DNA from: Polyangiales bacterium
GTDB taxonomy: Bacteria; Myxococcota_A; Polyangia; Polyangiales; Houyiibacteriaceae
DNA length: 51,428 nt
Assembly (NCBI GenBank): GCA_035686645.1
Contig: DASRZF010000105.1
Location: forward strand, 1 to 51,428
Direction: 5' to 3'
Positions 34,432 to 42,564 of the stretch are shown in pieces (position 1 is the first letter of the stretch; each line of letters begins with the position of its first letter). Both the position numbers and the translations under genes were made by a program. The notes beneath the pieces are model-generated. The model did no database searches. It saw only the letters and a list, made by a program, of their open reading frames with translations, and was not told the DNA's origin.

Positions 34432-36006
34432 TCACGCCGGGCCGGCGGTGCTACTGGCCGAAAGTCGCTCTTCAGCCATTCGCAAGAGCTTCACGCGGTC
34501 GAGCTTGCCAGTGGCGTTCAGCGGCATTTCGGACAGAAATGCGATTTCCTCCGGCGCTTTGTAGCCAACACGATCGCGAGCGAAGCTGATCAGTTCCGAG
34601 GCGGAGGGCGGCGGCGCTCCTTCCTTCAGTGTCACGTAGGCTCGAACGTTCTCTCCATGCACGAGATCGTGAATGCCGATGACCCCGGCTTCTGCGATCG
34701 ATGGATGCTCGGTCAGGGCTTCCTCCACCTCTTGAGGGCAGATGTTCGAGCCATCGTGGACGATGATCTGCTTCTTGCGGCCACAAAACCACAAGTATCC
34801 ATCCTCGTCGACCCTCATCATGTCGCCGGTGTCGAGCCAGCCGTCGACGATTGTTTCCGCAGTGGCTTTCGGGTTTTCCCAGTAACCGATCATATTGGCT
34901 TGGGAGCGAATCCAGAGTCGCCCAGGCGTGCCGACCGGTACTTCGGCACCCGAATCATCACGGAGCGACATTTCGTATCCGGGAATGAGTTTGCCGATCG
35001 AGCCCATTCGGTTTTCGCCGTAGGGCGGATTGATCGTGGAGACGCCGATCTCCGTCATGCCGTAGCTTTCATCAATCGGAAATCCGGCAGCCGCCGTGAA
35101 CTCGCGTTCGAGCTCCGCGGAGACCTTGTCGCCACCGGCCGAACACAAGCGAATCGAAGCGAAGTCACTCGAGCCTGCGTCATGGTCCCGGACCAGGGCA
35201 ATCAACGCCGCCGGCAACATCCACAGCACGGTGGGGCGAAACTCTCGCAACAGCGGTAAAATCTCAGGACCATCGCTGCCGCGTGAAATCAGCAGGCGTC
35301 CCCCCGCGGTGAGCATTGATAACCCGAGCAACGAACCGGCGATATGCGAGAGCGACGAGCCGGGCAGGAGCGTGTCGGTGTCCGTGAACTGAACGCCGTT
35401 GATCGAAGCGTCGATCATCTGAAAAAACGTCGCCCGTGTGTGCGTCACCCCTTTGGGCTTGCCCGTGCTGCCGGACGTAAAATAGATGAGCGTTGCTGCG
35501 TCAGGGTCGGGCGTTGGAAAGGTTGCAGTGGGTTGCGGCGCTTCAACCAACTCTTCGTAGTGACGGCCGGCACCGTCATCCGCTTTGTAGCGAACGACGC
35601 CTTTGGATAGTTTGTTTCCGAGCTTGCTGGCGGCGACATCCTCGTCACGTTCGGCATGATGTAACAGCAATGACGCACCGCTGACTTCCAAAGCGTGATC
35701 GATTTCCGGTGCCATGTACCGATAGTTCAGGGGCGTCGCCACCAAACCTGCTTTCAGACAGGCCAGGTAATGAATGATCAAGGCCGGCCGATTCGGCATC
35801 AGCGAAGCGACACGATCGCCAGGCTGCAAACCGAGGTGCAGGTATTGGACCGCCAGGCGGTCGCTGATCTCAGCGAGCTGACGCCAGCTCATCTGCGTCT
35901 TGACCGAAGCCAATGCAAGTTCGTTTGGTTTTGACTTGAGACCGCGCTCCAATGGATCGGAGGCTGGATCGATCTCGACTCTGTTTGCTCGGTTAAGAGG
36001 CATCAT
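34432..36006 (-). CDS. AMP-dependent acyl-CoA synthetase/ligase
   Basis: IYFTSGSTGKPKGV, YGMTE, ...TGD....DEDGYLWF.GRKK..I...G..I.P.EVE. ATG-ATG at 36006/36003 (MMPLNRANR...). Confidence 0.85.
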   Translation of the reverse strand: MMPLNRANRVEIDPASDPLERGLKSKPNELALASVKTQMSWRQLAEISDRLAVQYLHLGLQPGDRVASLMPNRPALIIHYLACLKAGLVATPLNYRYMAPEIDHALEVSGASLLLHHAERDEDVAASKLGNKLSKGVVRYKADDGAGRHYEELVEAPQPTATFPTPDPDAATLIYFTSGSTGKPKGVTHTRATFFQMIDASINGVQFTDTDTLLPGSSLSHIAGSLLGLSMLTAGGRLLISRGSDGPEILPLLREFRPTVLWMLPAALIALVRDHDAGSSDFASIRLCSAGGDKVSAELEREFTAAAGFPIDESYGMTEIGVSTINPPYGENRMGSIGKLIPGYEMSLRDDSGAEVPVGTPGRLWIRSQANMIGYWENPKATAETIVDGWLDTGDMMRVDEDGYLWFCGRKKQIIVHDGSNICPQEVEEALTEHPSIAEAGVIGIHDLVHGENVRAYVTLKEGAPPPSASELISFARDRVGYKAPEEIAFLSEMPLNATGKLDRVKLLRMAEERLSASSTAGPA

Positions 36007-36309
36007 GTTCAACGGAAAGGATGAGGATGGTGCCAGAATGGCACAACCGATGTTTGCGTATCGTAGCAGAAATCGTGAGTAGCCTAGGCTCCACCTGCCG
36101 ATCCGCTGAAGATCGAAATGCGAAAAATGGCCTACCATGCGCTTCCTCGGATCACGCGCATGGTTCCCCGGTCACCTCTCGGTCGAACACTCAGGACACA
36201 TCGCGCACCGACGTCACGCACCTACGGCGATCCACGCTTGCCCAGAATGTCGAGATGTAACGCTCGATGAGCCCGCGCGTCTCGGGGTCGCGCTCGGACT
36301 CGGCGGCTG

Positions 36310-37617
36310 TCAATTGATCTTGAGCGCAATGCTGACGACGATCTGATAGTCGTTCTCCTTGGGCACGGTCCCGTCCGCTCGTGGCTGTGGATCCCGGGTT
36401 CGCAGGAATAAGAACGTGGTGAGGAAGCTGAACCTGTCCGTGATTTCGACGCTAACGTCGACCGTCCCGGTGTGGTTCGTGCTCCCGAAATTCGTGTAGG
36501 CGAGGTTGGTGCGCCAGTCGATCGTGAGCTCGACGTTGTCGTTCAAGAACTCCAGCTTCCAATGGGTCCGGAGCAAGATGAATCCATCGCTTTGCGGATT
36601 CGTCGCACCAGTTGGGGTGGAGAGGAACCCAAGGAACTGATACCCGAGGCCGCTCTGCAAGTCCCACTCGAACTGGTTGGTATGTTTTTTTCTCTGCCTG
36701 GTCTTCTTGAAGAGATAGACCCCGGCCCCTGTGCTGGGCGTAGCTCGCAGCTTGATGTTCTGGAACGCATCGTAGAGAAGCTGCCCGGCGATCGGAATCA
36801 GGTAGACACGGTCCCAGAGGAACAGAGCGGTATTGACGTCGCCGAGGTGCCGATTGACGTTGAGCTCGCCGTCGGTGTACGCCACGGTTCCATTGTAGCG
36901 GAGCCCTCCGAGCGTGTGGCCATCCATGCGCATCAGGCTCCATTGCGTGGTGAGCGAACCCTGGCTCGTATTTCCCGCATTGGCGGAGAACCCGAGGCTG
37001 AGCATCGTCGACCACCATGTCCGCTCCCGAGGCGGTCCCTCGGAGATCGAGAGGAGCTCAGCGCGGGGATATGTCTTGATGCCTTGGTCGTTCTCGATGA
37101 TGACCGCGTCTTTGGTGATCATCGCTTTGCCCGAGACTTTGACCTTGTCCTTGAAGGTGTAACTCTTGATCTTGGGAGAATGGACGCCGGCGATACTTCC
37201 CCAACTCAGCGTCAGACTGTCGAGCTTGTTGCTGTAGAAGTTCAAGTTCTGGCCGGCTTCGAGCCCTTTTGGACGCAACCAACGGAGATCGCCCCTTAGC
37301 CACTCCCCGGTCTTGAGCTCGATCCAGTCGTCGGTGTCGCCGAACTCGAGCCTGCTCTCGGTAGTGAGACCCTCGGCGGCCTCTCGCTGGGCCTGCTTCA
37401 GGGCGCTCTGAACACTCGTCGCGTCTCCGCCCGTCTGGGCATGCACCGCGCGGGGGACGCAGCACGCGCCGAGAGCCACGACCGCGAGCGCCATGGGTCC
37501 GACTCTGCGCTTTGCTATGGGTCCCGAATCCTGCACCCAGCCGCGGTATATACGCTGTGCGTTCCTGCCGGCAAAAAGCCTGCGACGATGCGAATTGAAG
37601 CATTCCGTGCTTTTCAC
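36310..37617 (-). CDS. DUF481-family outer-membrane beta-barrel protein (YdiY-like)
   Basis: Signal-like MALAVVALGACCVPRAVHAQ, ...W...LSLGFS...GNT...L.....L..., and a repetitive beta-strand C-terminal half ending ...YQIVVSIALKIN. An alternative start at ATG 37494 is equally plausible. Confidence 0.7.
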   Translation of the reverse strand: MKSTECFNSHRRRLFAGRNAQRIYRGWVQDSGPIAKRRVGPMALAVVALGACCVPRAVHAQTGGDATSVQSALKQAQREAAEGLTTESRLEFGDTDDWIELKTGEWLRGDLRWLRPKGLEAGQNLNFYSNKLDSLTLSWGSIAGVHSPKIKSYTFKDKVKVSGKAMITKDAVIIENDQGIKTYPRAELLSISEGPPRERTWWSTMLSLGFSANAGNTSQGSLTTQWSLMRMDGHTLGGLRYNGTVAYTDGELNVNRHLGDVNTALFLWDRVYLIPIAGQLLYDAFQNIKLRATPSTGAGVYLFKKTRQRKKHTNQFEWDLQSGLGYQFLGFLSTPTGATNPQSDGFILLRTHWKLEFLNDNVELTIDWRTNLAYTNFGSTNHTGTVDVSVEITDRFSFLTTFLFLRTRDPQPRADGTVPKENDYQIVVSIALKIN

Positions 37618-37786
37618 GGACGCAGTCGCCGAGGAGCTCGATTGGCGTGCTTAGGATTGGGTCATGGTGAAACTCCTAGGGGGGCTCACTCAGCGTCGCG
37701 ATTGCACAGAACACCTGATGGGGTAGCTTTCCGAGAGCAAATGGCGTGTTTGAATCGATCATGCTCAGCCCCGACGTCGCCCTTGA

Positions 37787-39073
37787 TTGAGAGACATCGT
37801 GCCGGACACTGACCGGGACTCCGACGCTGCCGGCTTCTTGATCTCCAATCCGTCGAACCGACGCAAGAGGAAGCGCCTTTATCTTTGGGGCGCTCTTGCG
37901 GTGATCGTCGTCACCGGCGTCGGCATCTGGGCGGCACCCGTTCGTCCCGATCGAAGGCAGATCAGAACGGAAGAGGCACGGCGCGGGAACCTGGTCGTCA
38001 CGGTCACGGCGACAGGGAATCTCGAGCCTACCAACCAGGTCGAGGTCGGAGTCGAGGTATCCGGCACGATCGCAACCGTGGAGGTGGATTACAACGATCG
38101 TGTGGCGCGCGATCAGGTTCTGGCGAGGCTCGACCCCACGAAATTCAAAGCCCAGGTGGTGAAATCACGAGCCGCTCTTCAGTCGGCCAGGGCGAGGATT
38201 TTGCAGGCGCAGGCCACGGTGGACGAAAGCCGCGCGCAGCTCGGCAGGCTCACCCGGCTCAGGGTGACCAGCAAAGGGACCGATCCTTCACAACTCGACA
38301 TCGATGCAGCGGACGCCGCACTCAAACGTGCTCTCGCCGATCGGGCAAGCGCGAAAGCGGACGTTGCCGAAGCTAACGCAAACCTAGAGTCGAGCGAAAT
38401 CGACCTCGCCAAGACCGTCATTCATTCGCCCGTCGACGGAATCGTCCTAGTGCGTTCCGTGGAGCCCGGACAGACGGTGGCCGCTTCTCTTCAGACACCG
38501 ATTCTGTTCGTGCTGGCCGAGGACCTGACCAAGATGGAGCTTCATGTCAGCGTGGACGAAGCTGACGTGGGCCGAGTCCGACCCGGGCAGAGGGCGACGT
38601 TCATGGTCGACGCCTATCCAGACCGCACCTTCTCCGCAGAGATCGCCGACGTTCACTTCGGGGCACAGGAAGTCGAGGGGGTCATCACCTACGAGGCGGT
38701 ACTAAACGTCGACAATGGAGACTTGTCGCTACGGCCGGGCATGACCGCGACCGCGACAATCGTGGTGGAAGAGCTGAGAGATGAGCTTCTGATCCCCAAT
38801 TCGGCGCTACGCTTCAGTCCCTCGCTCCGGAAAGAAGCCGAGCCCGATGCTGGTCTTCTCGGTCGACTGTTTCCCCGTCCGTCCCGCTCCCCTCCGAAGA
38901 ACCGGCGAGAGCAAGGCTCTGCAAAGAAGGAACCACGGGTTTGGATCGTACGAGATGGCGAGCCGGTCGCAATACCGATCACCACGGGAGCCACCGACGG
39001 AATCATGACCGAGTTGGTGCAAGGCGACGTGGAGCCCGGGATGCCGCTCATCGTCGAGATGACTTTGGAATGA
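37787..39073 (+). CDS. MacA-like efflux periplasmic adaptor (HlyD/MFP family)
   Basis: N-terminal TM anchor, ...VTATGNLEPTNQVEVGVEVSGTI..V.VDYND.V...QVLARLD, a coiled-coil hairpin, and ...IHSPVDGIVL.R.VEPGQTV. TTG start; GTG 37799 is an alternative. Confidence 0.85.
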   Translation: MRDIVPDTDRDSDAAGFLISNPSNRRKRKRLYLWGALAVIVVTGVGIWAAPVRPDRRQIRTEEARRGNLVVTVTATGNLEPTNQVEVGVEVSGTIATVEVDYNDRVARDQVLARLDPTKFKAQVVKSRAALQSARARILQAQATVDESRAQLGRLTRLRVTSKGTDPSQLDIDAADAALKRALADRASAKADVAEANANLESSEIDLAKTVIHSPVDGIVLVRSVEPGQTVAASLQTPILFVLAEDLTKMELHVSVDEADVGRVRPGQRATFMVDAYPDRTFSAEIADVHFGAQEVEGVITYEAVLNVDNGDLSLRPGMTATATIVVEELRDELLIPNSALRFSPSLRKEAEPDAGLLGRLFPRPSRSPPKNRREQGSAKKEPRVWIVRDGEPVAIPITTGATDGIMTELVQGDVEPGMPLIVEMTLE

Positions 39074-39080
39074 CTTCATC

Positions 39081-39800
39081 GTGCCTGCGCAGGAACATAC
39101 TCAGACACCGCTCATTCGGCTCGAGGGCGTCACTAGAGTGTACGGAACCGGCGATGCAGCCACGTACGCGTTGCGCGGCATCGACGTCCAGATCGGTCGG
39201 GGGGAGTTCGTTGCCGTCATGGGGTCGAGCGGCTCAGGAAAGTCCACGTGCCTCAACATTCTGGGCTGTCTCGATACTCCTACTGCGGGGTCGTATCTTT
39301 TTCGCGGGATCGAAGTCGGCAACCTGGGTCGCAACCAGCGTGCGCTGTTGCGCCGTCGCTATTTTGGTTTCGTGTTTCAAGGCTACAACCTCTTGAGCCG
39401 GACTTCTGCGCTCGAGAACGTCGAGCTTCCGCTGGTCTACCGCGGCATTGCCCGGGCCGAGCGTCGGAGGCTGGCGTCCCAGGCGCTCGCCGCAGTCGGC
39501 CTCCAAGGGCGGGAAACCCACAGCCCCTCTGAGCTCTCGGGAGGACAACAGCAACGTGTCGCGATCGCGCGAGCGCTGGTCACCGAACCCGACGTCCTGC
39601 TTGCCGATGAGCCCACGGGAAACCTCGATACGGCTCGAAGCCTGGAGATCATGGATCTCATGACTGCACTCAACCGGGAGCGAGGCATTACCATCATCAT
39701 CGTCACCCATGAAAGCGCGATGGCCGCCTACGCCGACCGGATCATCAATTTCGTCGATGGCGAGGTGGAGTCGGTGGTGCACCGGGGCGAGGTAGCCTGA
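39081..39800 (+). CDS. ABC transporter ATP-binding protein (MacB/LolD type)
   Basis: Walker [11 protein letters not shown]-loop, signature [15 protein letters not shown], Walker [14 protein letters not shown]-loop IVTHE. Confidence 0.92.
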   Translation: MPAQEHTQTPLIRLEGVTRVYGTGDAATYALRGIDVQIGRGEFVAVMGSSGSGKSTCLNILGCLDTPTAGSYLFRGIEVGNLGRNQRALLRRRYFGFVFQGYNLLSRTSALENVELPLVYRGIARAERRRLASQALAAVGLQGRETHSPSELSGGQQQRVAIARALVTEPDVLLADEPTGNLDTARSLEIMDLMTALNRERGITIIIVTHESAMAAYADRIINFVDGEVESVVHRGEVA

Positions 39801-41005
39801 TGGTGTACAATGCGTTTCGGCTCGCGCTGAACGAGATTCGGCGCAACGTGATGCGTTCGTCGCTGACCATCTTGGGTGTCGTGATCGGCGTCGCGGCGGT
39901 CATCACCATGGTGACGATCGGCGGAGGCGCCACGGTTCAGGTGACCGAACAAATCGCGAGCCTCGGCACCAACCTTCTGATCGTCACGCCCGGCCAACGG
40001 ATGGGGATGGGGCAGCGAGCCGCGGCTCCGCCTTTCCAGATGGACGACGTGGAGGCGATCGGCAGAGAGATTGGCACGGTCGCCGCCATCGCCCCCATCT
40101 CGTCCCAACCCATGACGGCGGTGTTCAGCAACGCAAACTGGAGCACGACGGTCATGGGAACGGACAATCAATACTTCAAGGTTGGGAACTGGGCCCTCGA
40201 AACCGGCCGGGAGTTCACCGAGAGCGAGCTTCGCGCCGGTAGCGCAGTCTGCATCTTGGGGGCCACCGTCCGGCGGGAGCTCTTTGGCAATCAGGACCCG
40301 TCGGGGAGCAAGATACGTCTCGGGAAGCTCTCCTGTGTGGTGATAGGGACGCTCCTCAGCAAGGGTCAGTCGACGATCGGCCGGGATCGCGACGACGCCG
40401 TGCTCGTTCCGCTGCGAACTTTTCAAAGGAGACTCGGCGGAAATCAAGATGTCGGTCTCATTCAAGTGTCCGTGCAGAACGGGGCCTCGACGGAAAGCGC
40501 GGAGGAGGACATCAGCGAGCTGATGCGCAAGCGCCGTCACATCTCGGCATCGGAGGACGACGACTTCACCGTCATGGACCTGAAGGAAATCACCAAGATG
40601 CTCGCGGGGACGACGCAAGTGCTCACCGCGCTCTTGGGAGCCGTGGCGGCCGTGAGTCTGCTCGTCGGAGGGATCGGGATCATGAACATCATGCTCGTGT
40701 CCGTCACGGAGCGGACCCGGGAAATCGGCATCCGTCTTGCGGTTGGGGCCCTCGAACGCGAGGTGCTGACGCAGTTCTTGGTCGAGGCTGTCGTGCTTTC
40801 ATCTTTTGGCGGCGGGGTTGGGGTAATCTTGGCGCTCGTGGTGTCGATCCTGGCCGCGAAAGCTTTGAGCGTGCCTTTCGTATTCAACCTGGGGATCGTG
40901 ATCGTCGGTTTCCTTTTTTCCGTCGGAGTCGGCATCGTGTTTGGATACTTCCCCGCTCGAAAGGCCGCACGCATGGACCCCATCGAGGCGCTCCGCCACG
41001 AGTGA
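39800..41005 (+). CDS. ABC transporter permease (MacB/FtsX type)
   Basis: MacB_PCD-like periplasmic domain between TM1 and TM2, plus an FtsX C-terminal domain (...GGIGIMNIMLVSVTERTREIGIR.A.GA....). Its ATG overlaps the ATPase stop (TGATG). Confidence 0.9.
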   Translation: MVYNAFRLALNEIRRNVMRSSLTILGVVIGVAAVITMVTIGGGATVQVTEQIASLGTNLLIVTPGQRMGMGQRAAAPPFQMDDVEAIGREIGTVAAIAPISSQPMTAVFSNANWSTTVMGTDNQYFKVGNWALETGREFTESELRAGSAVCILGATVRRELFGNQDPSGSKIRLGKLSCVVIGTLLSKGQSTIGRDRDDAVLVPLRTFQRRLGGNQDVGLIQVSVQNGASTESAEEDISELMRKRRHISASEDDDFTVMDLKEITKMLAGTTQVLTALLGAVAAVSLLVGGIGIMNIMLVSVTERTREIGIRLAVGALEREVLTQFLVEAVVLSSFGGGVGVILALVVSILAAKALSVPFVFNLGIVIVGFLFSVGVGIVFGYFPARKAARMDPIEALRHE

Positions 41006-41105
41006 AACCGGCAGCGTGTGTGGAGCACGGACACGCAGCCCTCCAGATGGGTTCGTGTCCCCGTGAGCAACGGAGGTTGGAGGAATGACTTGGCTGATAG
41101 CAACT

Positions 41106-41285
41106 TCAAAGGCCCTCACCAGGAGCCCGATGGGCTAAGAGAGCGACCTGTCGCACGTAGTCAGGCCAGGTGTCGTTGTCGAGCGGGGTGACGGCGGGGT
41201 CCATGGCGCCTGCGGAGCGTGTACGATTTTTCGCCTGCCTGAGAAGAACGAAGAGCAGCAACAAGAGGATGACGATCTGATCCAT
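41106..41285 (-). CDS. possible 59-aa small membrane protein or gene stub, below the ORF-track length cut-off
   Basis: Own translation: MDQIVILLLLLFVLLRQAKNRTRSAGAMDPAVTPLDNDTWPDYVRQVALLAHRAPGEGL*. The middle section has strongly G/C-ending codons. The last ~13 codons are contributed by repeat copy 3. No clear SD. Confidence 0.3.
   Translation of the reverse strand: MDQIVILLLLLFVLLRQAKNRTRSAGAMDPAVTPLDNDTWPDYVRQVALLAHRAPGEGL
41123..41144 (+). repeat. repeat copy 3 (22-bp core GAGCCCGATGGGCTAAGAGAGC; with 41097-41116 it forms an internally deleted version of copy 2)
   Basis: The 22-mer is identical to 29569-29590 and 31059-31080. 41097-41116 matches 30980-30999 at 18/20. The 59 nt between the two blocks in copy 2 are replaced by 6 nt (CACCAG). 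Confidence 0.8.
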
Positions 41286-41392
41286 GGGATGTCGCGCGGA
41301 CAGCAGCTACGCGAGCGCCAACCTCGGTCAGGTCTTTTAGATCTTGTTTTTTGCTACTCCGAAAACTCTGGGAACGTGGTAACGCTCGCTAG

Positions 41393-42388
41393 ATGACGAG
41401 AATCATATCCTGGACACTCGGGTTTCTCGCAGTCGCGTTGATAGTCTTGGTCGCCGCCGTCGAGCTCAAGAATCGGAGCGGGGTTCGGAAGGCGACCACG
41501 GAAATCACTGCCTACCAACCGCCGCCGCTGTCTGACTTTGGCGCCACGCGCACCTTGACCATCCTGCCACTCATCGACTGGCACGCGTCTCGCTCAGGTC
41601 TGCGTACCGAGATGGGCGTGTCGTACCTCATAGAAACCGACGAGCATCGGGTCCTGTTCGACGTCGGACAGAACACCGACCATGAGTTCCCCTCCCCGCT
41701 CGAGCGCAACATGAAAGAGCTCGGTATCGAGTTGGAGAGCGTCGACCGGATGTTCATCTCACACAACCACTTCGATCACGTGGGCGGCAAGGCCAATCAG
41801 AAGAACCAGACCTTCTCGGTTGGGCTCGAGCAGGTGCCACTGCCCGACGTACTGGCTTTCGTACCCATCCCGATGGCCTACCCCGGGCTGCGCCCCATTC
41901 ACGCGCGCGAGCCGACGAAGGTTGGGGTGGGGCTCGCTTCTACGGGGACCATCCCGCGTCAGCTCGTCTTCGGCTGGATCGAAGAACAGGCGCTTGTCGT
42001 GCAAGTCGAGGGGCGAGGGGGCGTGCTCATCGTCGGCTGCGGCCATCAAACCATTCCGAGGCTGTTGGAACGGTACGACGAAGTTTTCAGCGAGCCGCTG
42101 TATGGGGTCGTTGGAGGCCTTCACTACCCGGTTCCCGAGGGACGGCTGAACATGATGGGGGTCAACGTCCAGCGGCGGCTCGCGTCCGGTGACGGAATGC
42201 TCGCACCCCTCACAATGACCGACGTGGAAGCCGAGCTGGACGCGCTGCGCGAGCGACATCTCGGTGTGATCGGGGTCGGCGGTCACGACAGCAGCGACGA
42301 GGTCATCACGATGTTCGCGGACGCTTTCGGAGACGCGTATCGACATGTTCGGGTGGGCGAGCCCATCGTCATCGCGTCCGAAAAGTGA
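41393..42388 (+). CDS. membrane-anchored MBL-fold metallo-hydrolase
   Basis: N-terminal TM (ISWTLGFLAVALIVLVAAV). HxHxDH motif ISHNHFDHVGG, with later GCGH and GGH motifs. Confidence 0.8.
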   Translation: MTRIISWTLGFLAVALIVLVAAVELKNRSGVRKATTEITAYQPPPLSDFGATRTLTILPLIDWHASRSGLRTEMGVSYLIETDEHRVLFDVGQNTDHEFPSPLERNMKELGIELESVDRMFISHNHFDHVGGKANQKNQTFSVGLEQVPLPDVLAFVPIPMAYPGLRPIHAREPTKVGVGLASTGTIPRQLVFGWIEEQALVVQVEGRGGVLIVGCGHQTIPRLLERYDEVFSEPLYGVVGGLHYPVPEGRLNMMGVNVQRRLASGDGMLAPLTMTDVEAELDALRERHLGVIGVGGHDSSDEVITMFADAFGDAYRHVRVGEPIVIASEK

Positions 42389-42564
42389 GTGGCGGAAAGA
42401 CATCCGACCGACGTTGCCCTAAAGGCGGCAGGGACCGGGCGATTCCGTTGTGTTGTCGTGGAGGGAGACATCTGCGGGCGAGGTCGCCGTGAGCTGGGAT
42501 GTCGTTGCTCGGCACGTAAAGCAAGGCCGCGCTAGACTCGTTCCCGTGCTAGGGTTCCGCCCTT

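Noticed and set aside
36139-36309. Short protein-like minus-strand stretch (TTG)-TAAESERDPETRGLIERYISTFWASVDRRRCVTSVRDVS* between the DUF481 gene and the acyl-CoA ligase gene
   Set aside because: Only about 40 codons, no ATG/GTG start or SD, and no motif. It may be a gene remnant or chance. It also contains an 11-nt match (CGATGAGCCCG) to the repeat core, which is too short to count as a copy.
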